Part shown: piece after piece, positions 1 to 5,763 of the stretch
Numbering within the stretch: position 1 is the stretch's first letter
How the letters are laid out: every line of letters starts with the position of its first letter
Source: Pseudomonas phage Pf3
Direction: 5' to 3' (one strand)
Sequence record: M19377.1
DNA: 5,833 bases
The notes under the pieces: generated by a model
What the model was told of the DNA's origin: nothing
The model's database searches: none
What the model saw: the letters and a program-made list of their open reading frames with translations, nothing else
Translations under genes and position numbers: made by a program

Positions 1-106
1 AAGCTTGCCGGAAGGTTCAGGCTTGCAAATTGGCGGGATGTTATTGCTACTTTCCGCCACCGCTTGGGGTATTCAACAAATAGCCCGTTTACTTTTAAAT
101 CGTTGA
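1..106 (+). CDS. 3' part of a small ORF entering the window from upstream (frame 2, stop TGA 104-106). If the molecule is circular it is in frame with the ORF starting at 5763, giving a 58-aa product. Contains an internal ATG at 38 (22-aa MLLLLSATAWGIQQIARLLLNR). Candidate small virion-cap protein (pVII/pIX analogue).
   Basis: Open frame from base 2 to the stop at 104-106. Position immediately upstream of the major coat gene, as gVII/gIX are in Ff phages. Hydrophobic LLLLSATAW stretch followed by a basic C-terminus. No strong SD. Confidence 0.3.
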   Translation, partial: SLPEGSGLQIGGMLLLLSATAWGIQQIARLLLNR

Positions 107-119
107 TGAGGTGTCTTTT

Positions 120-254
120 ATGCAATCCGTGATTACTGATGTGACAGGCCAACTGACAGCGGTGCAAGCTGATATCACTACCATTGGTGGTGCTATTATT
201 GTTCTGGCCGCTGTTGTGCTGGGTATTCGCTGGATCAAAGCGCAATTCTTTTGA
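120..254 (+). CDS. VIII: Major coat protein (pVIII analogue), 44 aa, no signal peptide. I recognise the sequence as the Pf3 major coat protein.
   Basis: ATG 120 preceded by SD GAGGTG (108-113) with a 6-nt spacer. Translation is MQSVITDVTGQLTAVQADITTIGGAIIVLAAVVLGIRWIKAQFF. It has an acidic N-terminus, one hydrophobic helix, and a basic RWIK C-terminus typical of inovirus coat proteins. It is followed by a strong terminator hairpin. Confidence 0.93.
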   Translation: MQSVITDVTGQLTAVQADITTIGGAIIVLAAVVLGIRWIKAQFF

Positions 255-285
255 TCCGTCCTTGGGCTTTTGGCCTCAATCGTTA

Positions 286-314
286 TAAGGGGGCTTCGGC
301 TCCCTTATTCGTTT
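286..314 (+). terminator. Rho-independent terminator downstream of the coat gene.
   Basis: TAAGGGGGC-TTCG-GCTCCCTTA forms a 9-bp GC-rich stem (one G.T wobble) with a TTCG tetraloop (286-307). It is followed by TTCGTTT (308-314). Confidence 0.7.
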
Positions 315-328
315 AGCGGCTAAAATTT
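312..328 (+). promoter_or_regulatory. Copy 1 of a repeated 17-nt element, TTTAGCGGCTAAAATTT. It contains the interrupted palindrome TTTAGC-G-GCTAAA.
   Basis: Exact 17-nt match to 3372-3388. Both copies sit just after a gene stop and 40-70 nt upstream of the next gene (pIII here, pI there). Confidence 0.4.
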
Positions 329-361
329 TTCAATTCACGGGGCTTTTATGGAGATTATGGA

Positions 362-1813
362 ATGGGTCTACATTATTTATTTGGGTTTTGTCTTGCCCTT
401 TTTTCTTTTTCCGCGATAGCTGCTGGGCCTGTTTCTACAGAGGTTGCTGCTGGTACTACTACCTATAGAGTCACCAATACAACCGTTCGAACTCCTCCTA
501 ATGTTACGTTGTCTCCTGTTCGTGACATTACCCCTTATGTTGAAAAGATCCCCAATAAAGGTTTGGCACAAGCTGCCCAGGGTCGTTTGATTGTTGCTCA
601 ACGTGCGGCTTCTGTTCCTGTTACTGGCTTTTTTAATGTTTCTGGCGCTGTTGTTAAATCTGGTGCTAAGTCCTTTCTTCGCTCTGCTGGAAGGGCATCG
701 GGTATAGGTTTGGGTTTGGCGGCTCTTTTAGAAGCTGCTGATTGGGTTTTCGATGAAGAAGGTGAAATAGTTAAGCCCTTACCTGGTGGTGGCAGTCCTG
801 TTCTTATGCCTCGGCCTGTCATTCTCAATGAATACACTGTTACTGGTTCTGCTGGGCAGTGGAGTATTTCTAAAGAATATGAGCCTGATCCCAGGTCAGT
901 TCCTGGATGGTATTCTTATAATGGCAATCCTGTTTGGGTTTCCGCTGTTGAAGATGTTGGATTTACTTGGCGCTACTGGTATTTTGCTGACGTTTTAATG
1001 GATGGCCAGGGCCGTCCTAATTATCTTGTTGCCTATTCTGATTCTGGCCCTAATGAGTATTGGCAGGATGTTGGGGGCTATTCTCTTGATTCTCTTCCGA
1101 CTGAACCTGAATTTGTCCCTTTGACTGATGCTGAACTTGAGGCGGGTATTGATCAGTATTATGAACCTGATCCTGATGATTGGCGCAATTTGTTTCCTTA
1201 TATTGAGCCGGATAGTTTCACTATAGAAACTCCTATTCCGTCTTTGGACCTTTCGCCTGTTGTTTCCAGTTCGACAAATAATCAGACTGGTAAAGTTACT
1301 GTTACTGAAACCACTACCTCTGTTGATTTTGAGGTTTCTGATAACAATTCTTCTCAACCTAGTATTAGCGTTAATGAAACTACTACCGAGAATGTTTATG
1401 TAGATGGTGACTTAGTATCTTCTGAAACGAATACTACTGTTACTAATCCTCCGTCCTCTGGTACTTCAACGCCGCCATCTTCTGGTTCCGGTTCTGATTT
1501 CCAGTTGCCTAGCTTTTGTTCCTGGGCAACTGCTGTCTGTGATTGGTTTGATTGGACACAAGAACCAATTGATGAAGAACCTGATTTAAGTGGCATCATT
1601 TCAGATATTGATGATTTTGAACGTACCAAAGATATTTCCTTTGGCTCAAAGTCCTGTCCTGCGCCTATCGCATTGGATATTGAATTTCTTGATATGTCTG
1701 TTGATCTTTCCTTTGAATGGTTTTGTGAGCTTGCTGGAATCATATATTTTATGGTTATGGCATCTGCTTATGTCCTGGCGGCTTATATAACCCTGGGGGT
1801 GGTTCGTGGCTAG
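362..1813 (+). CDS. III: Adsorption / minor coat protein (pIII analogue), 483 aa.
   Basis: GGAG at 350-353 lies 8 nt before ATG 362. N-terminal signal peptide MGLHYLFGFCLALFSFSAIA, with a likely AIA|AG cleavage site. Long Ser/Thr/Gly/Pro-rich linkers (TTTSVDFEVSDNNSS..., PPSSGTSTPPSSGSGS). Acidic YEPDP-containing repeats. C-terminal hydrophobic membrane anchor (LAGIIYFMVMASAYVLAAYITLGVV). This is the architecture of inovirus pIII. Confidence 0.88.
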   Translation: MGLHYLFGFCLALFSFSAIAAGPVSTEVAAGTTTYRVTNTTVRTPPNVTLSPVRDITPYVEKIPNKGLAQAAQGRLIVAQRAASVPVTGFFNVSGAVVKSGAKSFLRSAGRASGIGLGLAALLEAADWVFDEEGEIVKPLPGGGSPVLMPRPVILNEYTVTGSAGQWSISKEYEPDPRSVPGWYSYNGNPVWVSAVEDVGFTWRYWYFADVLMDGQGRPNYLVAYSDSGPNEYWQDVGGYSLDSLPTEPEFVPLTDAELEAGIDQYYEPDPDDWRNLFPYIEPDSFTIETPIPSLDLSPVVSSSTNNQTGKVTVTETTTSVDFEVSDNNSSQPSISVNETTTENVYVDGDLVSSETNTTVTNPPSSGTSTPPSSGSGSDFQLPSFCSWATAVCDWFDWTQEPIDEEPDLSGIISDIDDFERTKDISFGSKSCPAPIALDIEFLDMSVDLSFEWFCELAGIIYFMVMASAYVLAAYITLGVVRG

Positions 1814-2087
1814 ATTACTTGCTCTTGTCATTGGTTATGCATTGTCCAGTTTTGTTTTAAAACTGTTTACTGTGCTTGGTGTTGGTATTTTCACTTATGT
1901 TGGATTAACAGCTTTGGTTGATGGTTTCTTGAATTTGCTTCAACCAATGCTTACTGGCTTGCCTTCTTATATTCTTGATATTCTCGCTATTGCTGGTGTT
2001 CCTGAAGCTCTATCTATTGTGGGTTCTGCTTTGCTAACTCGTGCCTCAATCAATTCTGCTAAAGCCTTTGTGGGAGTCCTGACATGA
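1806..2087 (+). CDS. VI: Minor coat protein pVI analogue, 93 aa, GTG start, overlapping the pIII stop by 8 nt.
   Basis: GTG 1806 preceded by GGGGGTGG (1793-1800). Very hydrophobic 93-aa product with 2-3 predicted TM segments. Sits in the gIII-gVI position. No in-frame ATG until about 1945, so a GTG start is required for the full ORF. Confidence 0.72.
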   Translation: MARLLALVIGYALSSFVLKLFTVLGVGIFTYVGLTALVDGFLNLLQPMLTGLPSYILDILAIAGVPEALSIVGSALLTRASINSAKAFVGVLT

Positions 2088-3376
2088 TCCGTTCAATTAT
2101 TGCTTTGATGTTGTCTTTTGCTCTTGTGCCTTTTGCTTTTGCATCTGATCGACTTACGGTTAAACATCATGAGATTGATATTCGTGTTGCTATTCCTTTG
2201 GTTGCTGACTTTTGTGGTCGGTCTGTTGTTCTTGGGCCATCTATTCAGGGTGTCGTATCTTTAGATTTTGATGATGTTCCTTGCTCTCAAGCGTTTGATC
2301 TTTTGCTTGAGTCTAATCATTTGCTTTCTTCTATGGTGGGTGATGTTCTTGTTATCACTGCTATGGATCAGGTTTTAAATTCTGAACGTAAAGCGGATGA
2401 TTTGAGAACTTTCCGCCGTGATCTTTTTAATGCCAACGATATTGAACGCCGTGTTATCAACATTGTTCATGCTTCGGCTTCTGAGGTTGTTTCACTGTTT
2501 AAAGAATCGTTCATGTCTCTTGATGCTCCAGGTATGTCCATGACTGTTGATGAACGGACTAACAGTGTTTTTGCTGCATTGCCTTCTTCGTTCTTCCCTG
2601 CTCTTGAGTCTGTGATTCAGGCTATTGATGTTCCGGTTCGTCAGGTTGCTATTGAAGCGAATGTGGTTGAGGCTTCCGTGGACTGGTCTAAGCGCCTTGG
2701 CCTTAATTGGGGTGGTGCGTTATCCCTTGGTAATTGGTCTGCTGTTACTGCTGGTGATTTGTCTGTTGCTGCTGGTTCTTCTATCGGATTTGGTTTTTTG
2801 AGTAATACGCTTTCCCTTGATGGTCTTTTTACTGCTATGGAGAATGAAGGCAATGGGCGTGTGGTTTCACGTCCTACCTTGCTGACACTGGATCGCCAAT
2901 CGGCTTCTGTCCTTCGTGGTACTGAATTGCCTTATCAGCAATCTGCGGGTGATGGTGCTACCAGTGTTGCTTTTAAGCATGCCGCCTTGTCGCTTGAGGT
3001 TAAGCCGGTTATCTCTCCTGATAATTCAATTGTTATTGAAGTGCTTGTTTCTCGTGACTCTCCTAATTTTTCAAATGCTATTGATGGTGTTCCGCCTATT
3101 GATACAAACCGCCTTGTAACTACTATTCGTGTTCCTCATGGTCAAACTGTTGTCCTGGGTGGTGTTTATTCAACTATCAATCAGCAAGGTTCTTCCCGTG
3201 TTTCTGGTATTTCACGAATCCCAGGTATTGGCCGTTTGTTCAAAAAGAAAGAACACGTTACTGAACAATATGAATTGCTGATATTTCTTACACCTAGAAT
3301 TCTTGGCCTTGAAGTAGAACCTGAAAAACAATCTTTGGTTTTTGATGAATCGTTTTTCCTTGGTGATCTTTTTTAG
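2084..3376 (+). CDS. IV: Outer-membrane secretin (pIV / GspD-family virion export protein), 430 aa.
   Basis: ATG 2084 overlaps the pVI stop (ATGA) with SD GGGAG 2072-2076. Signal peptide MIRSIIALMLSFALVPFAFA|SD. C-terminal secretin signature ...RVPHGQTVVLGGVYSTINQQGSSRVSGISRIPGIGRLFKKKEHVTEQYELLIFLTPRIL. Confidence 0.88.
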   Translation: MIRSIIALMLSFALVPFAFASDRLTVKHHEIDIRVAIPLVADFCGRSVVLGPSIQGVVSLDFDDVPCSQAFDLLLESNHLLSSMVGDVLVITAMDQVLNSERKADDLRTFRRDLFNANDIERRVINIVHASASEVVSLFKESFMSLDAPGMSMTVDERTNSVFAALPSSFFPALESVIQAIDVPVRQVAIEANVVEASVDWSKRLGLNWGGALSLGNWSAVTAGDLSVAAGSSIGFGFLSNTLSLDGLFTAMENEGNGRVVSRPTLLTLDRQSASVLRGTELPYQQSAGDGATSVAFKHAALSLEVKPVISPDNSIVIEVLVSRDSPNFSNAIDGVPPIDTNRLVTTIRVPHGQTVVLGGVYSTINQQGSSRVSGISRIPGIGRLFKKKEHVTEQYELLIFLTPRILGLEVEPEKQSLVFDESFFLGDLF

Positions 3377-3388
3377 CGGCTAAAATTT
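3372..3388 (+). promoter_or_regulatory. Copy 2 of the 17-nt element TTTAGCGGCTAAAATTT. It overlaps the secretin stop codon (TAG 3374-3376).
   Basis: Exact repeat of 312-328. Here the palindrome extends to TTTTAGC-G-GCTAAAA (3371-3385). Confidence 0.4.
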
Positions 3389-3433
3389 GTTGTATGTTGT
3401 ATGTAGTACGCTACAACATACTACATACTACAA
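3389..3433 (+). repeat. Intergenic dyad-symmetry region built from tandem heptamers. TTGTATG occurs twice (3390-3403) and is opposed by TACAACA TACTACA TACTACA (3412-3432). Candidate origin or packaging-signal-type hairpin, or an operator.
   Basis: 3395-3408 can pair with 3419-3432 (13 bp, one mismatch, 10-nt loop). An alternative register pairs TGTTGTA 3395-3401 with TACAACA 3412-3418. Located between the secretin stop and the pI start. Confidence 0.5.
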
Positions 3434-3448
3434 ATGTAGGGTGGTGTG

Positions 3449-4354
3449 ATGATTACGTTGATAACAGCGGTGCCGGGTTCCGGTAAAACTCTTTACGCTA
3501 TAGGTTTGATTGAGGCTGCCCTTTCCGAAGGGCGGCCAGTTTTCACAAACATAAGTGGGTTGGTTAAGGATAAATTCTCTAATCCTCACCTTTTGTCTGA
3601 TGCGCCTGATGATTGGCGGGACACTCCAGAGGGATCGTTGGTGGTTTATGACGAGGCCCAGCAAGCGCACTTGTACCTTAGCAATGCCCAGCGTGGGCCG
3701 GTCACGGACGAGCGCCTAACGGCAATGGAAACGCACCGGCATACCGGTCATGATCTGGTTTTCATTACCCAGGCTCCCACGTTTGTGCATCATCACATTC
3801 GTAAGCTGGTTGGGCTGCATATCCATCTTTATCGTTCGCGTGGCCTGCAAGCGGCTTCTAAGTACGAATGGAGCCATGTTTGTGATTCACCTAACGACCG
3901 GAAGGAACAACAAAGGGCTGATTTCGTTCTATGGAAGTTCCCGAAAGAACATTTTGCTTTTTACACCAGTGCGGTTATGCACACGCACAAATTCAAGATG
4001 CCTAAGAAGATAGGTGTTCTGTTGGTTTTTGTTGTTCTCGGTCTGGGTGCTGTCGGTTTTAATCTTTATAAGAATTCAGGGCTGGCTTCGATGGCAGAGG
4101 CTACCGCTTCTGTGGCAGAGGCTACCCCTTCTCCCTTGGCGTTAAACGGGGTTAAACCTTCTTCCTTGGCTGCTCCCTATCAGTGGTCTGCTGCGGCTCC
4201 TGCTGTCCCTGTGTCCGGTTGTGTTGCTAACCGTTCAACGAACCGTTGCCAATGCTTTGATGCTTCTGGTGTCGTCCTGGCGATTGAACACGCGGCCTGC
4301 CTTTCTGTTATTAGTTCGCCGCTTCCTCGTCAGCTTTTGAGTACCAGCAAGTGA
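3449..4354 (+). CDS. I: Assembly NTPase, pI / Zot family, 301 aa. The track begins at GTG 3446; the likely start is ATG 3449.
   Basis: SD GGGTGG 3439-3444. Walker A AVPGSGKT (3467-3490). Walker B-like LVVYDEA (3638-3658). A single central TM segment KKIGVLLVFVVLGLGAVGF, followed by an Ala/Pro/Ser-rich periplasmic C-terminal domain with four Cys. This is the Zot/pI topology. Confidence 0.9.
   Translation: MITLITAVPGSGKTLYAIGLIEAALSEGRPVFTNISGLVKDKFSNPHLLSDAPDDWRDTPEGSLVVYDEAQQAHLYLSNAQRGPVTDERLTAMETHRHTGHDLVFITQAPTFVHHHIRKLVGLHIHLYRSRGLQAASKYEWSHVCDSPNDRKEQQRADFVLWKFPKEHFAFYTSAVMHTHKFKMPKKIGVLLVFVVLGLGAVGFNLYKNSGLASMAEATASVAEATPSPLALNGVKPSSLAAPYQWSAAAPAVPVSGCVANRSTNRCQCFDASGVVLAIEHAACLSVISSPLPRQLLSTSK
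3998..4354 (+). CDS. Possible in-frame internal restart product of gene I (pXI analogue, about 118 aa) beginning MPKKIGVLLVFVV...
   Basis: In-frame ATG at 3998-4000 lies immediately before the basic stretch and TM helix. This is the same position as the pXI start within Ff gene I. No convincing SD. Inference only. Confidence 0.2.
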   Translation: MPKKIGVLLVFVVLGLGAVGFNLYKNSGLASMAEATASVAEATPSPLALNGVKPSSLAAPYQWSAAAPAVPVSGCVANRSTNRCQCFDASGVVLAIEHAACLSVISSPLPRQLLSTSK

Positions 4355-4361
4355 TTCCCGA

Positions 4362-4407
4362 AAGCGAGCAAAAGCGGGAGCGGCTTGCCGCCGCTTGCCG
4401 CTCGCTC
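4362..4407 (+). repeat. GC-rich nested inverted and direct repeat in the pI-rep intergenic region. Candidate terminator and/or replication-origin structure.
   Basis: The outer arms AGCGAGC (4363-4369) and GCTCGCT (4399-4405) are inverted repeats. The inner arms GAGCGGC and GCCGCTC are also inverted repeats. GCTTGCCGC occurs as a direct repeat (4384-4392 and 4393-4401). Followed by TCTTGATT. Confidence 0.5.
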
Positions 4408-4467
4408 TTGATTAGTAGTCACATATCGGTACGCTGCCCAAATCGGCATCCTTGGATCAGGTGATTT

Positions 4468-5304
4468 ATGCGTTGTTTAAAATCCTTTCGTCATGGTTTT
4501 ACCCTTGGAACCAACTGCTATGAACCTGGGGCTAAACGCCCTCGGGGTGATAGGTCTACTGTTGGTGGTTGGTCGCATGGTTCAACCAGTCGGAACATTG
4601 CTTTTTTGCGTTCGATTGATGAAGCAAAATTGACTGGTCATGCCTTGGCCTTGACGCTGACTGTTCGGGATTGTCCGGATACTTCCGATGATTGGCACAA
4701 GGTACGCCGTGCTTTTGAAATGCGTTTGCGCCGTCTTGGCTTGATCCGCATGCATTGGGTTATTGAGTGGCAACGTCGAGGGGTTCCGCACCTTCACTGC
4801 GCTGCTTTTTTTGATGACACTGCGCCTGCCTTGCTCCCTGCTGTTATTATGCGTTCCTGGTGCGACTTGGTTTCTGACTATAATGCTTCGCCTCTTTCCC
4901 AGTACGTTTTGCCTATTACTGACGCGATTGGTTGGTTTCAGTACGTCTCAAAGCATGCTGCGCGGGGTGTGAATCACTACCAGCGTTCGCCGGAAAACAT
5001 ACCGCCGCAGTGGCAGAAAAAAACGGGCCGGATGTGGGGTAAGGTCGGTGAGTGGCCGGTGGTGGAAAAGGCTGAAATTTTCATGGGTGACGCTACGTTC
5101 TATCAGCTTCGCCGTATCGTTAAGCGGTGGCGTTTTGCTGATGCTCGGGCTTCCGGTTCCATCCATCGCATTCGATCTGCAAAAAAGTACTTGCAAGTTC
5201 CCGAAACCCTGTCTAGAGTTCTAGGTGCATCTGAATGGATGCCAGAAAATGAACTTTTGTCGATACTTTATTTTTTGAAATCTCAAGGCTATGAATTCTT
5301 ATGA
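4468..5304 (+). CDS. II: Rolling-circle replication initiation protein (HUH endonuclease; gene II analogue), 278 aa.
   Basis: SD AGGTGA 4459-4464. All three RCR motifs are present. Motif 1 is ALTLTV (about residues 60-66). Motif 2 is HLHCAAFF (HUH, codons at 4789-4797). Motif 3 is YVSKHAARG (catalytic Tyr codon 4942-4944, with Lys three residues after it). Confidence 0.85.
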   Translation: MRCLKSFRHGFTLGTNCYEPGAKRPRGDRSTVGGWSHGSTSRNIAFLRSIDEAKLTGHALALTLTVRDCPDTSDDWHKVRRAFEMRLRRLGLIRMHWVIEWQRRGVPHLHCAAFFDDTAPALLPAVIMRSWCDLVSDYNASPLSQYVLPITDAIGWFQYVSKHAARGVNHYQRSPENIPPQWQKKTGRMWGKVGEWPVVEKAEIFMGDATFYQLRRIVKRWRFADARASGSIHRIRSAKKYLQVPETLSRVLGASEWMPENELLSILYFLKSQGYEFL

Positions 5305-5516
5305 TTGCTCACAATATCTGTCATCCGCCTCGCCCTCACTGTCAGCTCAAGCTCTTATGCTTGCTCAATGCCAAAGCTGTGTCTTACTTTATGGTGGGCA
5401 CTGACGATAAAATCGAAGCTGAGGTTTGGGTTTTTGCTGATGAATCCGTTGCTGTTGCTCGCCCAGGTCAGCCTGTAAAGGCTTACCATACCATTCAATC
5501 TGTTTGCTTCCATTGA
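5301..5516 (+). CDS. ORF71, hypothetical protein. Its start overlaps the rep stop (ATGA).
   Basis: A 71-aa ORF in a conserved-looking position between rep and the ssDNA-binding protein gene. Only a weak SD (AAGG, 12 nt upstream), so translational coupling to rep is plausible. No recognisable motif. Confidence 0.5.
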   Translation: MIAHNICHPPRPHCQLKLLCLLNAKAVSYFMVGTDDKIEAEVWVFADESVAVARPGQPVKAYHTIQSVCFH

Positions 5517-5526
5517 GGTGCATTTT

Positions 5527-5763
5527 ATGAACATTCAAATTACCTTTACCGATTCCGTCCGCCAGGGTACTTCCGCTAAAGGGAATCCTTACACGTTCCA
5601 AGAAGGGTTCTTGCATTTGGAAGATAAGCCCTTTCCTCTCCAGTGCCAGTTCTTTGTTGAGTCGGTCATTCCTGCCGGTTCTTATCAGGTGCCGTATCGC
5701 ATTAACGTGAACAATGGGCGTCCTGAATTGGCTTTTGATTTTAAAGCCATGAAGCGTGCGTAA
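5527..5763 (+). CDS. V: ssDNA-binding protein (gene V analogue), 78 aa. The track starts at GTG 5518; the likely start is ATG 5527.
   Basis: SD GAGGTG 5515-5520 with a 6-nt spacer, the same TGAGGTGnnTTTTATG context as the coat gene. Small protein with an RQGTSAKGNPY motif resembling the gVp DNA-binding loop (SRQGKPY in Ff). Size and position match inovirus gV. Confidence 0.88.
   Translation: MNIQITFTDSVRQGTSAKGNPYTFQEGFLHLEDKPFPLQCQFFVESVIPAGSYQVPYRINVNNGRPELAFDFKAMKRA

Noticed and set aside
346-361. Upstream ATGs (346, 355) as alternative pIII starts
   Set aside because: They are out of frame with the 483-aa ORF and terminate quickly. ATG 362 has the GGAG SD and begins a canonical signal peptide.
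786-998. Alternate-frame + strand ORFs encoding Leu/Phe-rich 'hydrophobic proteins' (786-998, 1590-1790, 2916-3119, 3750-4013, 4763-4972)
   Set aside because: They are embedded in other frames of real genes. Their hydrophobicity is an artefact of T-rich codons read out of frame (TTx/CTx). No start signals.
377-1831. Minus-strand ORFs from the track (377-601, 598-837, 995-1357, 1396-1743, 1646-1831, and later 2641-2853, 3428-3670, 4582-4797, 4948-5196, 5389-5616)
   Set aside because: All lie antisense to well-supported genes. Their products are Arg/Ile/Asn- or Ser-rich low-complexity strings, as expected from reading the A-rich complement of T-rich codon third positions. No RBS-like signals noted. 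Inoviruses transcribe one strand only.
4408-4436. Sigma-70-type promoter upstream of rep (TTGATT at 4408-4413)
   Set aside because: No acceptable -10 hexamer at 16-18 bp spacing. The host is likely Pseudomonas and promoter calls by eye are unreliable.
5032-5304. In-frame internal start inside rep giving a gene-X-like C-terminal protein
   Set aside because: Internal ATGs at about 5032 and 5085 have no convincing Shine-Dalgarno sequence. ORF71 already occupies the gene-X-equivalent slot. Cannot be supported from sequence.
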